DNA of 64,000 nucleotides from Clostridiales bacterium (GTDB lineage: Bacteria > Bacillota > Clostridia > Saccharofermentanales > Saccharofermentanaceae), in assembly GCA_017529925.1 (NCBI GenBank), contig JAFXMZ010000025.1, positions 407 through 64,406 of the forward strand, in the 5' to 3' direction. How positions within the stretch are numbered: the stretch's first letter is position 1; each line of letters starts with the position of its first letter. The notes below the pieces were generated by a model that worked only from the letters and a program-made list of their open reading frames with translations, was not told the origin of the DNA and did no database searches. Shown one piece after another: positions 47,655 to 55,997 of this stretch. Position numbers and translations under genes: made by a program.

Positions 47655-48249
47655 TAATGGTCCGGAGGGGAGTTATCCCAAAATCCGTTTTTTCCGGTTT
47701 TGGGGTCTTTGGGATAACGATCATGCCGTTTTGTTATCCCCAATTGGGATTTTTCAGGGTTTGGGATAACTGGAAGATTTGGGATTCATCCCCAATGGCC
47801 GTTTTTGATGGTTTGGGATGAAATCTCAGAGGGTTTTTCATCCCAAATGTGCGTTTTCTGGCGGTTTGGGATGATATCGCAGAAAGTTTATCATCCCAGA
47901 TGTGCGTTTTCAGGCAGTTTGGGATGAAATCGCAGAAAGTTTTTCATCCCAAATGTGCGTTTTCTGGCGGTTTGGGATGAAATCGCAGAAGTTTATTCAT
48001 CACGAAAGGGCTTTTTTCAGGAGTTGGGGATGCATAGGCGGAGAACAGATGCATCCCCAAAGTGCGATTTTCAAAAATGGGGATGCATAGGCGGAGAACA
48101 AATGCATCCCCAAAGTGCGATTTTCAAAAATGGGGATGCATAAGCGGAGAACAAATGCATCCCCAAAGTGCGATTTTTAAAAATGGGGATGCATCGCCGG
48201 AGAACAAATGCATCCCCAAAGTGTGATTTTCAAAAATGGGGATGCATAG
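47655..48249. repeat. hairpin-repeat array 5 (about 11 units, 52-53-bp period)
   Basis: Unit starts at 47708, 47760, 47812, 47865, 47918, 47971, 48025, 48078, 48131, 48184 and 48237. Stems GGGATAAC/GTTATCCC, GGGATGAAA/TTTCATCCC, GGGATGATA/TATCATCCC and GGGGATGCAT/ATGCATCCCC. Confidence 0.9.
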
Positions 48250-48279
48250 CAGACCGTATGAAAGGAAGTAATGCGCAAA

Positions 48280-48413
48280 ACCGGTGGCCGGCCCGCAGAT
48301 ATAATACAGATCCGCATGCACTGTCAAGGCAGTATCCGCTGGAGCGTCGGCAAAGCCGACCTTGACATTCCTGCATGTCGGATCTGTTCCCGGTATACAA
48401 GCCGGCCACCGGT
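48280..48413 (+). repeat. conserved long imperfect hairpin element, copy B
   Basis: ACCGGTGGCCGGC (48280-48292) ... ACAGATCCG (48306-48314)-CATGCA-CTGTCAAGG ... CCTTGACA ... CGGATCTGT (48379-48387) ... GCCGGCCACCGGT (48401-48413). Confidence 0.8.
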
Positions 48414-48510
48414 TGGAGGCCTTTTTGCCGCAATTGGGCAGTTGAAAACGATGACCATAAAGTATAGTATCGAAGCATATAAAATGATCATTATATGAGA
48501 GGATGAGAAT

Positions 48511-49458
48511 ATGAAAAGACCGGTATTGAGGACAGCTGTTGCGGCGTTACTGTCAGCATCCATGCTGTTTGCTGCTTTCGCGATGTGTTCCTGCTCCGAT
48601 AACGGCAATAAGAGCAGGAAGGAACGCAGGTCAGCGCACAGCCGTGACCGCGACGATGACGATGAAGAGACTGAAGAGACAGAAGATACTGAAGAGAGCG
48701 AGTCGGAGATCGTCCCCACTGAAACTTCGGAAGATCCGGAGATCGTCCCCACGGAAACATCGGAAGATCCGGAGATCCCGGGCAGTGAAGACAGGCCTTG
48801 CCTCAAGGTCGCGACCAATGCATACTTTCCTCCTTTCGAGTATTACGACGGTGACGTGATGAAGGGTTTTGATATCGATGTCATCGATGAGATCTGCGAC
48901 GAGATGAATGTTGATTATGAGATCGAAGATACCGAGTTCAGCGGGTTGCTGGCCGGCCTTACGGATGGAAGATATGATGTGGTGATAGCCGGAATGGTCG
49001 CTACGCAAGAGCGCCTTCAGGCGGTCGATGCGTCGATGCCTTACTATTCGAATATCCTGCTCGTAGTGACATGGGAGGATCTGGACATAATGACGCCGGA
49101 TGACCTTTACGGACGTGACGATCTGACGATCGGAGTCCTGGAGGGAACGACGGGTGATCTCTACGCTTCGGAGGATCTGGGAGAGGAGCATGTGATGAGA
49201 TTTACCGACAAGGATGCCATGTTCAGGGCTCTTGATGAAGGAAACCTCGATTGCATCATCGTCTATCAGCAGGATGCGGTAAAGTGCCTTGCAAGATACG
49301 AGGGCCTGAGACCGCTCGAAGAACCGTATGCGATCGAGGAATATGTTATCTTTGTCGGCAAAGGCAATGAGGAGCTCCTGAGTAAGATAAATGCAGCAAT
49401 CCAGAATATGAAGGAGACGAGGAAGATCGAGATCATCGAAAACCGCTACATAGGGTGA
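48511..49458 (+). CDS. amino-acid ABC transporter substrate-binding lipoprotein with acidic repeat linker
   Basis: Lipobox AAFAMCSC. 33-bp tandem repeat encoding EIVPTETSEDP x2. LKVATNAYFPPFEYYDGD...GFDIDVIDEI is family-3 SBP-like. Confidence 0.85.
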   Translation: MKRPVLRTAVAALLSASMLFAAFAMCSCSDNGNKSRKERRSAHSRDRDDDDEETEETEDTEESESEIVPTETSEDPEIVPTETSEDPEIPGSEDRPCLKVATNAYFPPFEYYDGDVMKGFDIDVIDEICDEMNVDYEIEDTEFSGLLAGLTDGRYDVVIAGMVATQERLQAVDASMPYYSNILLVVTWEDLDIMTPDDLYGRDDLTIGVLEGTTGDLYASEDLGEEHVMRFTDKDAMFRALDEGNLDCIIVYQQDAVKCLARYEGLRPLEEPYAIEEYVIFVGKGNEELLSKINAAIQNMKETRKIEIIENRYIG

Positions 49459-49607
49459 TGCACCCGTTCGTGGCAGGAGCCGCCGGCTTCGCTTTCGAGG
49501 GGCACGCAGGATTCAGATCCGGATGGTGATCATTCCAATCGAAAAAGATGCGCCGCCGGCATACGGAAATGATATAATAGAGCCATAATCATTTGGAGGT
49601 GACCGAT

Positions 49608-49784
49608 ATGGATATTGATAAGAAACTCGATGGTGCCAAGGATCTCGCAGGCAAGGCTATCGACGCAGTTAAGTCCAATAAGGACGTTAAGGATGCGGCT
49701 GACAAGGCGATCGGCGAGGTTGAGAAGAAGGTCAAGGTCGATCTCCCTGATGTGGACGGGATTGCGAAGACACTCGGCAAGTAA
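49608..49784 (+). CDS. small K/D-rich hypothetical protein (58 aa)
   Basis: The ATG at 49608 lies 7 nt after GGAGGTG. MDIDKKLDGAKDLAGKAIDAVKSNKDVKDAADKAIGEVEKK. A terminator follows. Confidence 0.6.
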   Translation: MDIDKKLDGAKDLAGKAIDAVKSNKDVKDAADKAIGEVEKKVKVDLPDVDGIAKTLGK

Positions 49785-49790
49785 GAAGCA

Positions 49791-49818
49791 GACGGGGTCC
49801 GGAAAGGCCCCGTTTTTT
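49791..49818 (+). terminator. intrinsic terminator
   Basis: ACGGGGTCC-GGAAA-GGCCCCGT-TTTTT. Confidence 0.75.
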
Positions 49819-49885
49819 ATTTGATGAAATGGAAGTCCGCGGGCGGGCAGGATCGAAGGGTTCAGCGGAGACTTCAGGTTTAGCG

Positions 49886-49954
49886 GAAACAACGGAGCCT
49901 GCAGGTCAGGCGGATACGTCAGAAACAACGGAGCCTGCAGGTCAGGCGGATACG
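49886..49954 (+). repeat. 36-bp-period tandem duplication (33-nt identical core x2)
   Basis: GAAACAACGGAGCCTGCAGGTCAGGCGGATACG at 49886-49918 and 49922-49954. Confidence 0.9.
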
Positions 49955-49963
49955 GAGGTTCAT

Positions 49964-50218
49964 ATGATAAAGACGACGATAGGCGTTCAGGGAATGGCTT
50001 GCAATATGTGCGAGAACCATGTAAATGATGCGGTCAGGAATACCGTAAAGTGCAAAAAGGTCACATCCGACCACAAGAAGGGCATAACCGAGGTCATTTC
50101 GGCGGAGCCGATCGACGAAGAGGCGGTCAGGAATGCGATTACAAAGGACGGCTATGAAGTCACTTCGTTTGAGAGCGCGCCCTATGAGAAAAAGGGGTTG
50201 TTCGGTTTCGGCAGATAA
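49964..50218 (+). CDS. heavy-metal-associated (HMA) domain protein, CopZ-like
   Basis: GMACNMCENHV MxCxxC motif. The ATG at 49964 follows GGAGG; the longer ORF from 49829 runs through the tandem repeat. Confidence 0.75.
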   Translation: MIKTTIGVQGMACNMCENHVNDAVRNTVKCKKVTSDHKKGITEVISAEPIDEEAVRNAITKDGYEVTSFESAPYEKKGLFGFGR

Positions 50219-50402
50219 GGGGCGGAGTCTCTGGCTGCAGAGCTGACGGGAAGCCACCGGTCACGCAGGCGGCCACAAGCTCCTGAAGGAGCCGGACTCC
50301 TCAATAAACTCTGACCGTCGGAAGCCCCCAGACGGCAAAAATGATATTGAGAAATTTCCCCAAAAGTAATATTATTTTTCTTATAAGGTATCGGAGGAAG
50401 TA

Positions 50403-51059
50403 ATGAACGACGAACTGAAGGACATCGTCTATAGCGACCTGTTCAGATATACGGGGAACGCCAGGAGGACCAAGGAGATCTACACGACGTATCTCCAGGA
50501 ACTTCGTTCGAGCCCTGAGTTTCATTATATCAGCACGATGCGCCGTACGAGATATTACTTTGACCAGATCTCGAAGTATGACGGCTACAGGAAGTATCTC
50601 TACAAGATCAAGTTCAGGTTCTTCAACTTCTGGCTCGACAGGCTGTCGAGGAAATATCACTTCCAGATCCCTTACGACACCAACATCGGCAAGGGCTTTT
50701 ACCTTGCTCATTTCGGACGTGTCATAATCCACCCGAAGTCCGTTATCGGCTACAACGTTAACGTTTCCACGGGTGTTGTCATCGGAACTCAGTTCAGAGG
50801 CAAGAGGAAGGGTGCGCCCCATATCGGCAACTTCGTATGGATCGGCGCGAATGCCGTTATCGTCGGCAATATCAACATCGGTAATAATGTCCTGATCGCA
50901 CCGGGTGCATATGTCAACTTTGACGTACCCGACGGTTCGATCGTAATCGGTAATCCGGGACTCATTAGGAGGGCTCCGGGTGCCACATTGAGCTATATCA
51001 ACAACACGATCCAGTTCGACGAATATAACGTCAGGTCGACCGGTACGAGGGTTTTCTGA
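50403..51059 (+). CDS. hexapeptide-repeat O-acetyltransferase (serine acetyltransferase-like)
   Basis: Left-handed beta-helix repeats IGKGFYLAHFGRVIIHPKSVIGYNVNVSTGVVIG...IGANAVIVGNINIGNNVLIAPGAYV. Confidence 0.8.
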   Translation: MNDELKDIVYSDLFRYTGNARRTKEIYTTYLQELRSSPEFHYISTMRRTRYYFDQISKYDGYRKYLYKIKFRFFNFWLDRLSRKYHFQIPYDTNIGKGFYLAHFGRVIIHPKSVIGYNVNVSTGVVIGTQFRGKRKGAPHIGNFVWIGANAVIVGNINIGNNVLIAPGAYVNFDVPDGSIVIGNPGLIRRAPGATLSYINNTIQFDEYNVRSTGTRVF

Positions 51060-51063
51060 TCTT

Positions 51064-52377
51064 ATGAGGATCGACAGCCGCTTCTTCAGTGACAACCGCA
51101 GAGAACTGTTGAGCCGCATTCCCGAGGGAACAGCGGTTTTTCTTTTTGCGGGCCTGTTAAGACCCCAGAGCGCCGACAACGACTACCGCTTTCTCGTCGA
51201 CCGCGACTTCTACTACATGACGGGCATCGAATGCCCCGAGGCGAAGCTGATCCTCATCCATGATAAGGATCACGGCGAAAAGCAGCTCCTCTTCATCCCC
51301 CCGAAGGACCCAATGGTCGAGAGATGGCACGGCAAGCGGGCAGATAAGGAAGAGGTCTCGGCGATCAGCGGGATCGCCGTCGAAGACATATTCGACCTCG
51401 GCGATTTCGACGAGCGCGCCTACCCCTATCTTCACGGGGAATATGTCGTTGCGACGGACAGCAATTCGATAGGCGAAGACACTGCAACATTTATGGCGCT
51501 CGTCGAGGGCGACAGTGATATAGGAAGCGTACTGGTATCCATGAGACTTAAGAAGAAGCCCGAGGAGATAAGTGCGATAAGAGAGGCAGCGAGGATAACG
51601 GAGGAGGCTCTTTCGGAGCTTCGAAAGAAGATCACCGAAGGCATGAGCGAGATGGAGATATATGCCGAGCTCGAATACCAGATGGCAAAGAGAGGATCGC
51701 TCATTCCCGCATTCACAACGATAACTGCGATAGACGGCAATGCCTTCTATCTGCACCATGCCGACCCTGAGGGAAAAGACGGCGCGGTGATAAGAAAAGG
51801 AAGCCAGATCCAGATAGACGTCGGTGCACGCGCTGCAGGATATTGCGCCGACATATCGAGGCTCATGATATACGGCAGGGAAGAAGATGACGACCCGAGG
51901 AGGGTCAGGCTCATAGGACTCATACGGGATCTGCGCAAGCGTGCCTTCGCATTTATCGCGCCGGGCGTGACTTTCGCCTCGCTCAATGAAGAGATGAGAA
52001 GGATCGCCGGTGAGTGGCTCGTGAAAGAGGGCCTTATCGAGGCGGTGCCCGCAGACGGCGCATCACCTGCGGCGGAGGATGAGGCTGAGGCACAGCCCGC
52101 AGCTGCACCTGCACCCGAAGCGCCCGCGCCCACGGCCGAAGATATCGGCAGATACTACTGGCATAATACTTCGCACTATATGGGACTTAATGTACATGAT
52201 GTCGGAGGGAAGGAACTTCCTTTCGAGGAGGGCAACTGCCTTGCGGTCGAGCCCGGAGTATATATCCCCGAGTGGGGATTCGGATTCAGGATCGAGGACG
52301 ACGTGCTTGTCACGAAAGACGGCTGCGAACTGCTGTCCTCGGGCGACGATTCGGGTGAGGGGATCTATCTGTTATGA
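51064..52377 (+). CDS. Xaa-Pro aminopeptidase (M24B) with Ala/Pro-rich insert
   Basis: DVGARAAGYCADISR, HNTSHYMGLNVHDVG, EPGVYIPEWGFGFRIEDDV. Confidence 0.85.
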   Translation: MRIDSRFFSDNRRELLSRIPEGTAVFLFAGLLRPQSADNDYRFLVDRDFYYMTGIECPEAKLILIHDKDHGEKQLLFIPPKDPMVERWHGKRADKEEVSAISGIAVEDIFDLGDFDERAYPYLHGEYVVATDSNSIGEDTATFMALVEGDSDIGSVLVSMRLKKKPEEISAIREAARITEEALSELRKKITEGMSEMEIYAELEYQMAKRGSLIPAFTTITAIDGNAFYLHHADPEGKDGAVIRKGSQIQIDVGARAAGYCADISRLMIYGREEDDDPRRVRLIGLIRDLRKRAFAFIAPGVTFASLNEEMRRIAGEWLVKEGLIEAVPADGASPAAEDEAEAQPAAAPAPEAPAPTAEDIGRYYWHNTSHYMGLNVHDVGGKELPFEEGNCLAVEPGVYIPEWGFGFRIEDDVLVTKDGCELLSSGDDSGEGIYLL

Positions 52378-53402
52378 GACTTGCTGCGGACATGATGCTC
52401 AAAGCTGATACGACAACGATCATCGTGATCATCGCGGTGGTGCTCTTCTTTGCGCTGGCGGGGGCGCTGTTCCTCGCATATATCGGATATTGCAGGAAAC
52501 TCTACGCAAGGATCTTCAGGAGGAGAAAGCCCGTCCCGAAGGTCGACCGTTCGCCCTCGTCGATCGAGCAGGAGACGATCTTCGGCAGGGGAATGAACTG
52601 GTTCTATTCAAACCGCAACGAATATCTCAACGTCAGGATCGATTCTTTCGACAAGACGAAGCTGTCCGGATATTACCGTCCGTCGTCTGACAGGGAGTGC
52701 AGGTCCGCGGTCATCCTGCTCCACGGCTACGACGAGCATCCTGCGCAGATGGCGGCCTATGCCAAGCTCATGATGAGGCAGATCCAGTGCCACGTCCTCA
52801 TAACGCACATGAGGGCCCACAGGATGAGCGGCGGAAAGTATTGCACTTTCGGACTTTATGAGAGCGTTGACCTCATGAGGTGGATCGAGTTTATAAAGAG
52901 GCAGGCGGGCGCCGACATAAGGATCTTCATCGTCGGCAGGTCGATGGGCGCCGTTACGGCACTGCTCGCATCACAGCAGCAGGATTTCCCCGAGAACGTT
53001 GCCGGCATCATTGCCGACTGCCCTTACGAGAGCCTTGACCGCGTTCTCCGCGATATCTCGGCGAAAAGCCACCCCCACCTCAACATGACGCCTTTCCTTC
53101 ATACGGTGAACAGGTTCGTGAACAAGAACCTCGGTTTCGATATGGACCGCTGCGACTGCGTTGAGAATGCGGGAAGGACAAAGTGTCCCGTGCTGTTCTT
53201 TGCGGGCGGCCGGGATGACATCTGCGGACCTGACGGAGTAAGACATATCTACGATAATGTCAGGACGCCCAAGAGGCTCGTAGTCGTCGACCATGCGGAG
53301 CATCTCATGTGCTACGACAGGGCAACGGCAGTCTATGAACGTGAAGTCAGGAAGTTCATCGAGAACTGCGTCGTGCGCCTCGTGAGCAGGGGAAAGATGT
53401 AA
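52374..53402 (+). CDS. membrane-anchored alpha/beta hydrolase
   Basis: N-terminal TM IIVIIAVVLFFALAGALFLAYIGY, nucleophile elbow GRSMGA, LLHGYDEH. Confidence 0.8.
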   Translation: MRLAADMMLKADTTTIIVIIAVVLFFALAGALFLAYIGYCRKLYARIFRRRKPVPKVDRSPSSIEQETIFGRGMNWFYSNRNEYLNVRIDSFDKTKLSGYYRPSSDRECRSAVILLHGYDEHPAQMAAYAKLMMRQIQCHVLITHMRAHRMSGGKYCTFGLYESVDLMRWIEFIKRQAGADIRIFIVGRSMGAVTALLASQQQDFPENVAGIIADCPYESLDRVLRDISAKSHPHLNMTPFLHTVNRFVNKNLGFDMDRCDCVENAGRTKCPVLFFAGGRDDICGPDGVRHIYDNVRTPKRLVVVDHAEHLMCYDRATAVYEREVRKFIENCVVRLVSRGKM

Positions 53403-53544
53403 TTCCCCGAGGACGTATCCACTAATATATAAGATCACATAAAGAAGCCCTGCGGCCTTCATTCCGGCTGCAGAGCTTTGTTTTTTATAAGACTGTCTTC
53501 CGGGACTTCGGGATCGCCTGATCCGCCGGCCTTACCGCCCCCGG

Positions 53545-53643
53545 TCAGATCGACTCTTCGGGGTATGTCGGATCGGATTCGGTGATTATATCGACCTCAC
53601 CGAAACGGATCACTTCAATCTCCAGCTCTGTATATTCCTTCAT
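53545..53643 (-). CDS. small acidic peptide (32 aa), paralog of 9209..9328
   Basis: Not in the ORF track. MKEYTELEIEVIRFGEVDIITESDPTYPEESI. SD AGAGGTGA. Starts 17 nt after the stop of the 778-aa surface-protein ORF. Confidence 0.55.
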   Translation of the reverse strand: MKEYTELEIEVIRFGEVDIITESDPTYPEESI

Positions 53644-53660
53644 TACTCTGTCACCTCTGC

Positions 53661-55997
53661 TCAGACCATTATACCTAAATATCTGCATGCTTCGACATAG
53701 TAATTATAGAAGGATGCAGCAGCCAGCTTTGAAGCAGCTGTAGCTGTCTTGCTCGTCATCAGTGTAGTCTGCACATATGAAAGCGCAGAACATGTTACCA
53801 TACTGCCGTCTTCCAGTGTCACCGTAAACGTATCGCCGAGCTCGGCTGCGTTGAGTCCCGTGATCTGTACGCGGTAGCGTCTTCCGACCTTCTCGGCACT
53901 ATACTCGAAAGTAGTATTGCCCGAAGAAGTGACAGTGATGTTATCAACATTGATCTCCATGCCGTCGGTGACGAAGAAGAGGTTGATCTTCGTCTCTGCC
54001 GTAAGGCTCAGTGAATAGCTGGCAGCTGTCGTATGTTCACCCCTGGTGAATGAAACGGCATAACCGTCTATGGAGGTAATGAAGTAATCCTCGGGAGAGA
54101 ATGCCTTCGTCATCCTCACATGCTTCGCCTCAGTATCGGCGACGGGCTGTGAATAGTATCCGTAGTCATTGATCGCTTTCGCGATGTCGACTGCATCGGA
54201 ATACAATGGATCGTCACCATTCTCCACTATGTATGCGAGATAGTCCTCGACGGTCGTCTCGCCTTTGACGATCTTCTCTGTGCCGTTCTCGAAGTAGTGT
54301 AGATCGGCAGTTATGGTGTCGGCCATCTCGACTGCGGTAATGTCCCTCAGGAATCTGTAGGATCCGTCATTGCCGGGAGTAGCCTCGTCGATCGTGACGG
54401 TGGTCTTCTTGCCGCAGACGTCAAACTCAACGAATGATCCTTCGGTAAGGCTCGCAGGAATATCGAAAATGAACTGCATCGTGAGCTGACCGCGCAGGAG
54501 AAGCGTACATCCGACAAACTCGGGCGCAGGATCCTTTACTGTCACTTCGCATGTGGCGCGGTGGACAGTATCCTCCGTCGTTGCCGTTATGAGAGCCGTT
54601 CCTTTGCCGACCGCAGTAACATTTCCGCTGTCGTCAACTGTGGCGACGTTCTCATCGGAACTTGCCCAGATGATATTCTCCGTGGCATTGGAAGGCGTCA
54701 TCGTCGCAATGAGCCTCATGCACTCTCCGGTGAAGATAGTCGAGGCAGTCTGAGAGAGCTTTATCCCCGTTGCTTCGTTATATGAGGTATCGCGGACGAG
54801 ATACAGGTCAACGTTTCTCAATTCGGTCTGATACATCTTGCTGTCGCTGAAGTAGAATGGTCTGTTGTCTGTCAGGTAATTGGTACCAAACATGCCGGGA
54901 TTCTCCATGCTGACTCCGACCGAGGACCCGTCTTCGAGATACAGGGCCTTTGTCGTGGACGATCCCGCGAGGTAGATATTGCTGACCCTTCCGTCCGCAT
55001 AATTACCGTCTACAACGATCTTTCCTGACATATCGGCAGTTCCGGAGGCGACATAGATACCTCCGCCGGAAAGAGCGTCATTGCCGGTTATCTCAATATT
55101 CATCTGGAGCGCAAGGGTACCGGCGTATTCCAGGATTCCGCCGCCCCTGCCCGAGGCATAGTTGTCTTTTATGACCGAATCTTCGATGTAAACTGTGCCT
55201 CCGTAATTCGCGATACCGGCGCCCTCTTCCGCAGTATTGCCGGAGATGGTTCCGTTCTTGAATTTGAGTTCGGATGAAGATCCTTCGAGGATCATTCCTG
55301 AACCCAGATTGTTACAGACACTTATGCCGGTTGCAAAGAGCTTTCCCCCGTCTTTCAATATTATGCCGCCCGTGACGCCGCCACTTATCGTTCCTTTGCC
55401 CCTGCAGTCATAGAGGTTGAGGGTGACGCCGTTTCCAACGCGGATGACCTCGGATGCGGAATTTCCCTTATAGGCGATACTGTGGCCGTTAAGGCAGAGG
55501 GTAATTCCGTTAACGGGTACCCAGGTCGAATCGAGTCTTACGTCATCTGTCAGGTAGAAACAGCCTGCCCTGTCCGGAAGGGGAGATGACTCCGATGAGG
55601 GGTCCCATTCCTCAAACTCCTTGCTGTCGTGGGAATGGCTGTCCGTATAATATGCATATACTGTCTGGGGATCGCCGCTGAAGAACATCTTTCGGGAAGT
55701 TATCTGATATCCCTCGCCGTTCGGCTCCGAAAACCATCCGTTGAATGCGACTCCCTGATATGGTCCGGGTGTCGGAATGGCGTCATATTTCCCGTAAGTG
55801 TCCTGACTCTCCAGAACAGTATATGACTTTGTCCTTTGATCCGGATCATCACTATTCATGTAGTCATAGGTTATTTCGTAGAAAGTCTTGTCTTCCGAGA
55901 ACGATTCAACTCCGTGCGACGGATCGTCATCGAGTACTGTATTTACTGAAATGCGGTAAGTGTCTTCACCATGACCGCCATGTGTAAATGTGTTCAC
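53661..55997 (-). CDS. surface-protein ORF, distal part (Listeria-Bacteroides-type repeat, beta-helix repeats, Big_2-like domain, shared C-terminal module); no signal peptide of its own
   Basis: GVAFNGWFSEPNGEGY. G-rich parallel beta-helix-like repeats. ATGIKLSQ...IWASSDENVATVDDSGNVTAVGKGTALITA is Ig-like group 2. The C-terminus is homologous to 5254..7968. Confidence 0.8.
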   Translation of the reverse strand: MNTFTHGGHGEDTYRISVNTVLDDDPSHGVESFSEDKTFYEITYDYMNSDDPDQRTKSYTVLESQDTYGKYDAIPTPGPYQGVAFNGWFSEPNGEGYQITSRKMFFSGDPQTVYAYYTDSHSHDSKEFEEWDPSSESSPLPDRAGCFYLTDDVRLDSTWVPVNGITLCLNGHSIAYKGNSASEVIRVGNGVTLNLYDCRGKGTISGGVTGGIILKDGGKLFATGISVCNNLGSGMILEGSSSELKFKNGTISGNTAEEGAGIANYGGTVYIEDSVIKDNYASGRGGGILEYAGTLALQMNIEITGNDALSGGGIYVASGTADMSGKIVVDGNYADGRVSNIYLAGSSTTKALYLEDGSSVGVSMENPGMFGTNYLTDNRPFYFSDSKMYQTELRNVDLYLVRDTSYNEATGIKLSQTASTIFTGECMRLIATMTPSNATENIIWASSDENVATVDDSGNVTAVGKGTALITATTEDTVHRATCEVTVKDPAPEFVGCTLLLRGQLTMQFIFDIPASLTEGSFVEFDVCGKKTTVTIDEATPGNDGSYRFLRDITAVEMADTITADLHYFENGTEKIVKGETTVEDYLAYIVENGDDPLYSDAVDIAKAINDYGYYSQPVADTEAKHVRMTKAFSPEDYFITSIDGYAVSFTRGEHTTAASYSLSLTAETKINLFFVTDGMEINVDNITVTSSGNTTFEYSAEKVGRRYRVQITGLNAAELGDTFTVTLEDGSMVTCSALSYVQTTLMTSKTATAASKLAAASFYNYYVEACRYLGIMV

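Noticed and set aside
47655-48249. CRISPR array
   Set aside because: The units are contiguous 52-53-bp repeats. Their non-palindromic part is itself conserved between units, so there are no unique spacers. No cas genes or leader-like asymmetry are present in the window.
47902-48365. Track ORFs inside the repeat array (47902..48090, 47955..48143, 48124..48327, 48168..48365)
   Set aside because: Their peptide repeats (e.g. GCIGGEQMHPQSAIFKNGDA) simply mirror the 53-bp DNA period, which is not a multiple of 3. There is no RBS, and ORFs occur in all frames and on both strands.
50301-51179. 292-aa minus-strand ORF
   Set aside because: Antisense to the hexapeptide acetyltransferase and the start of pepP.
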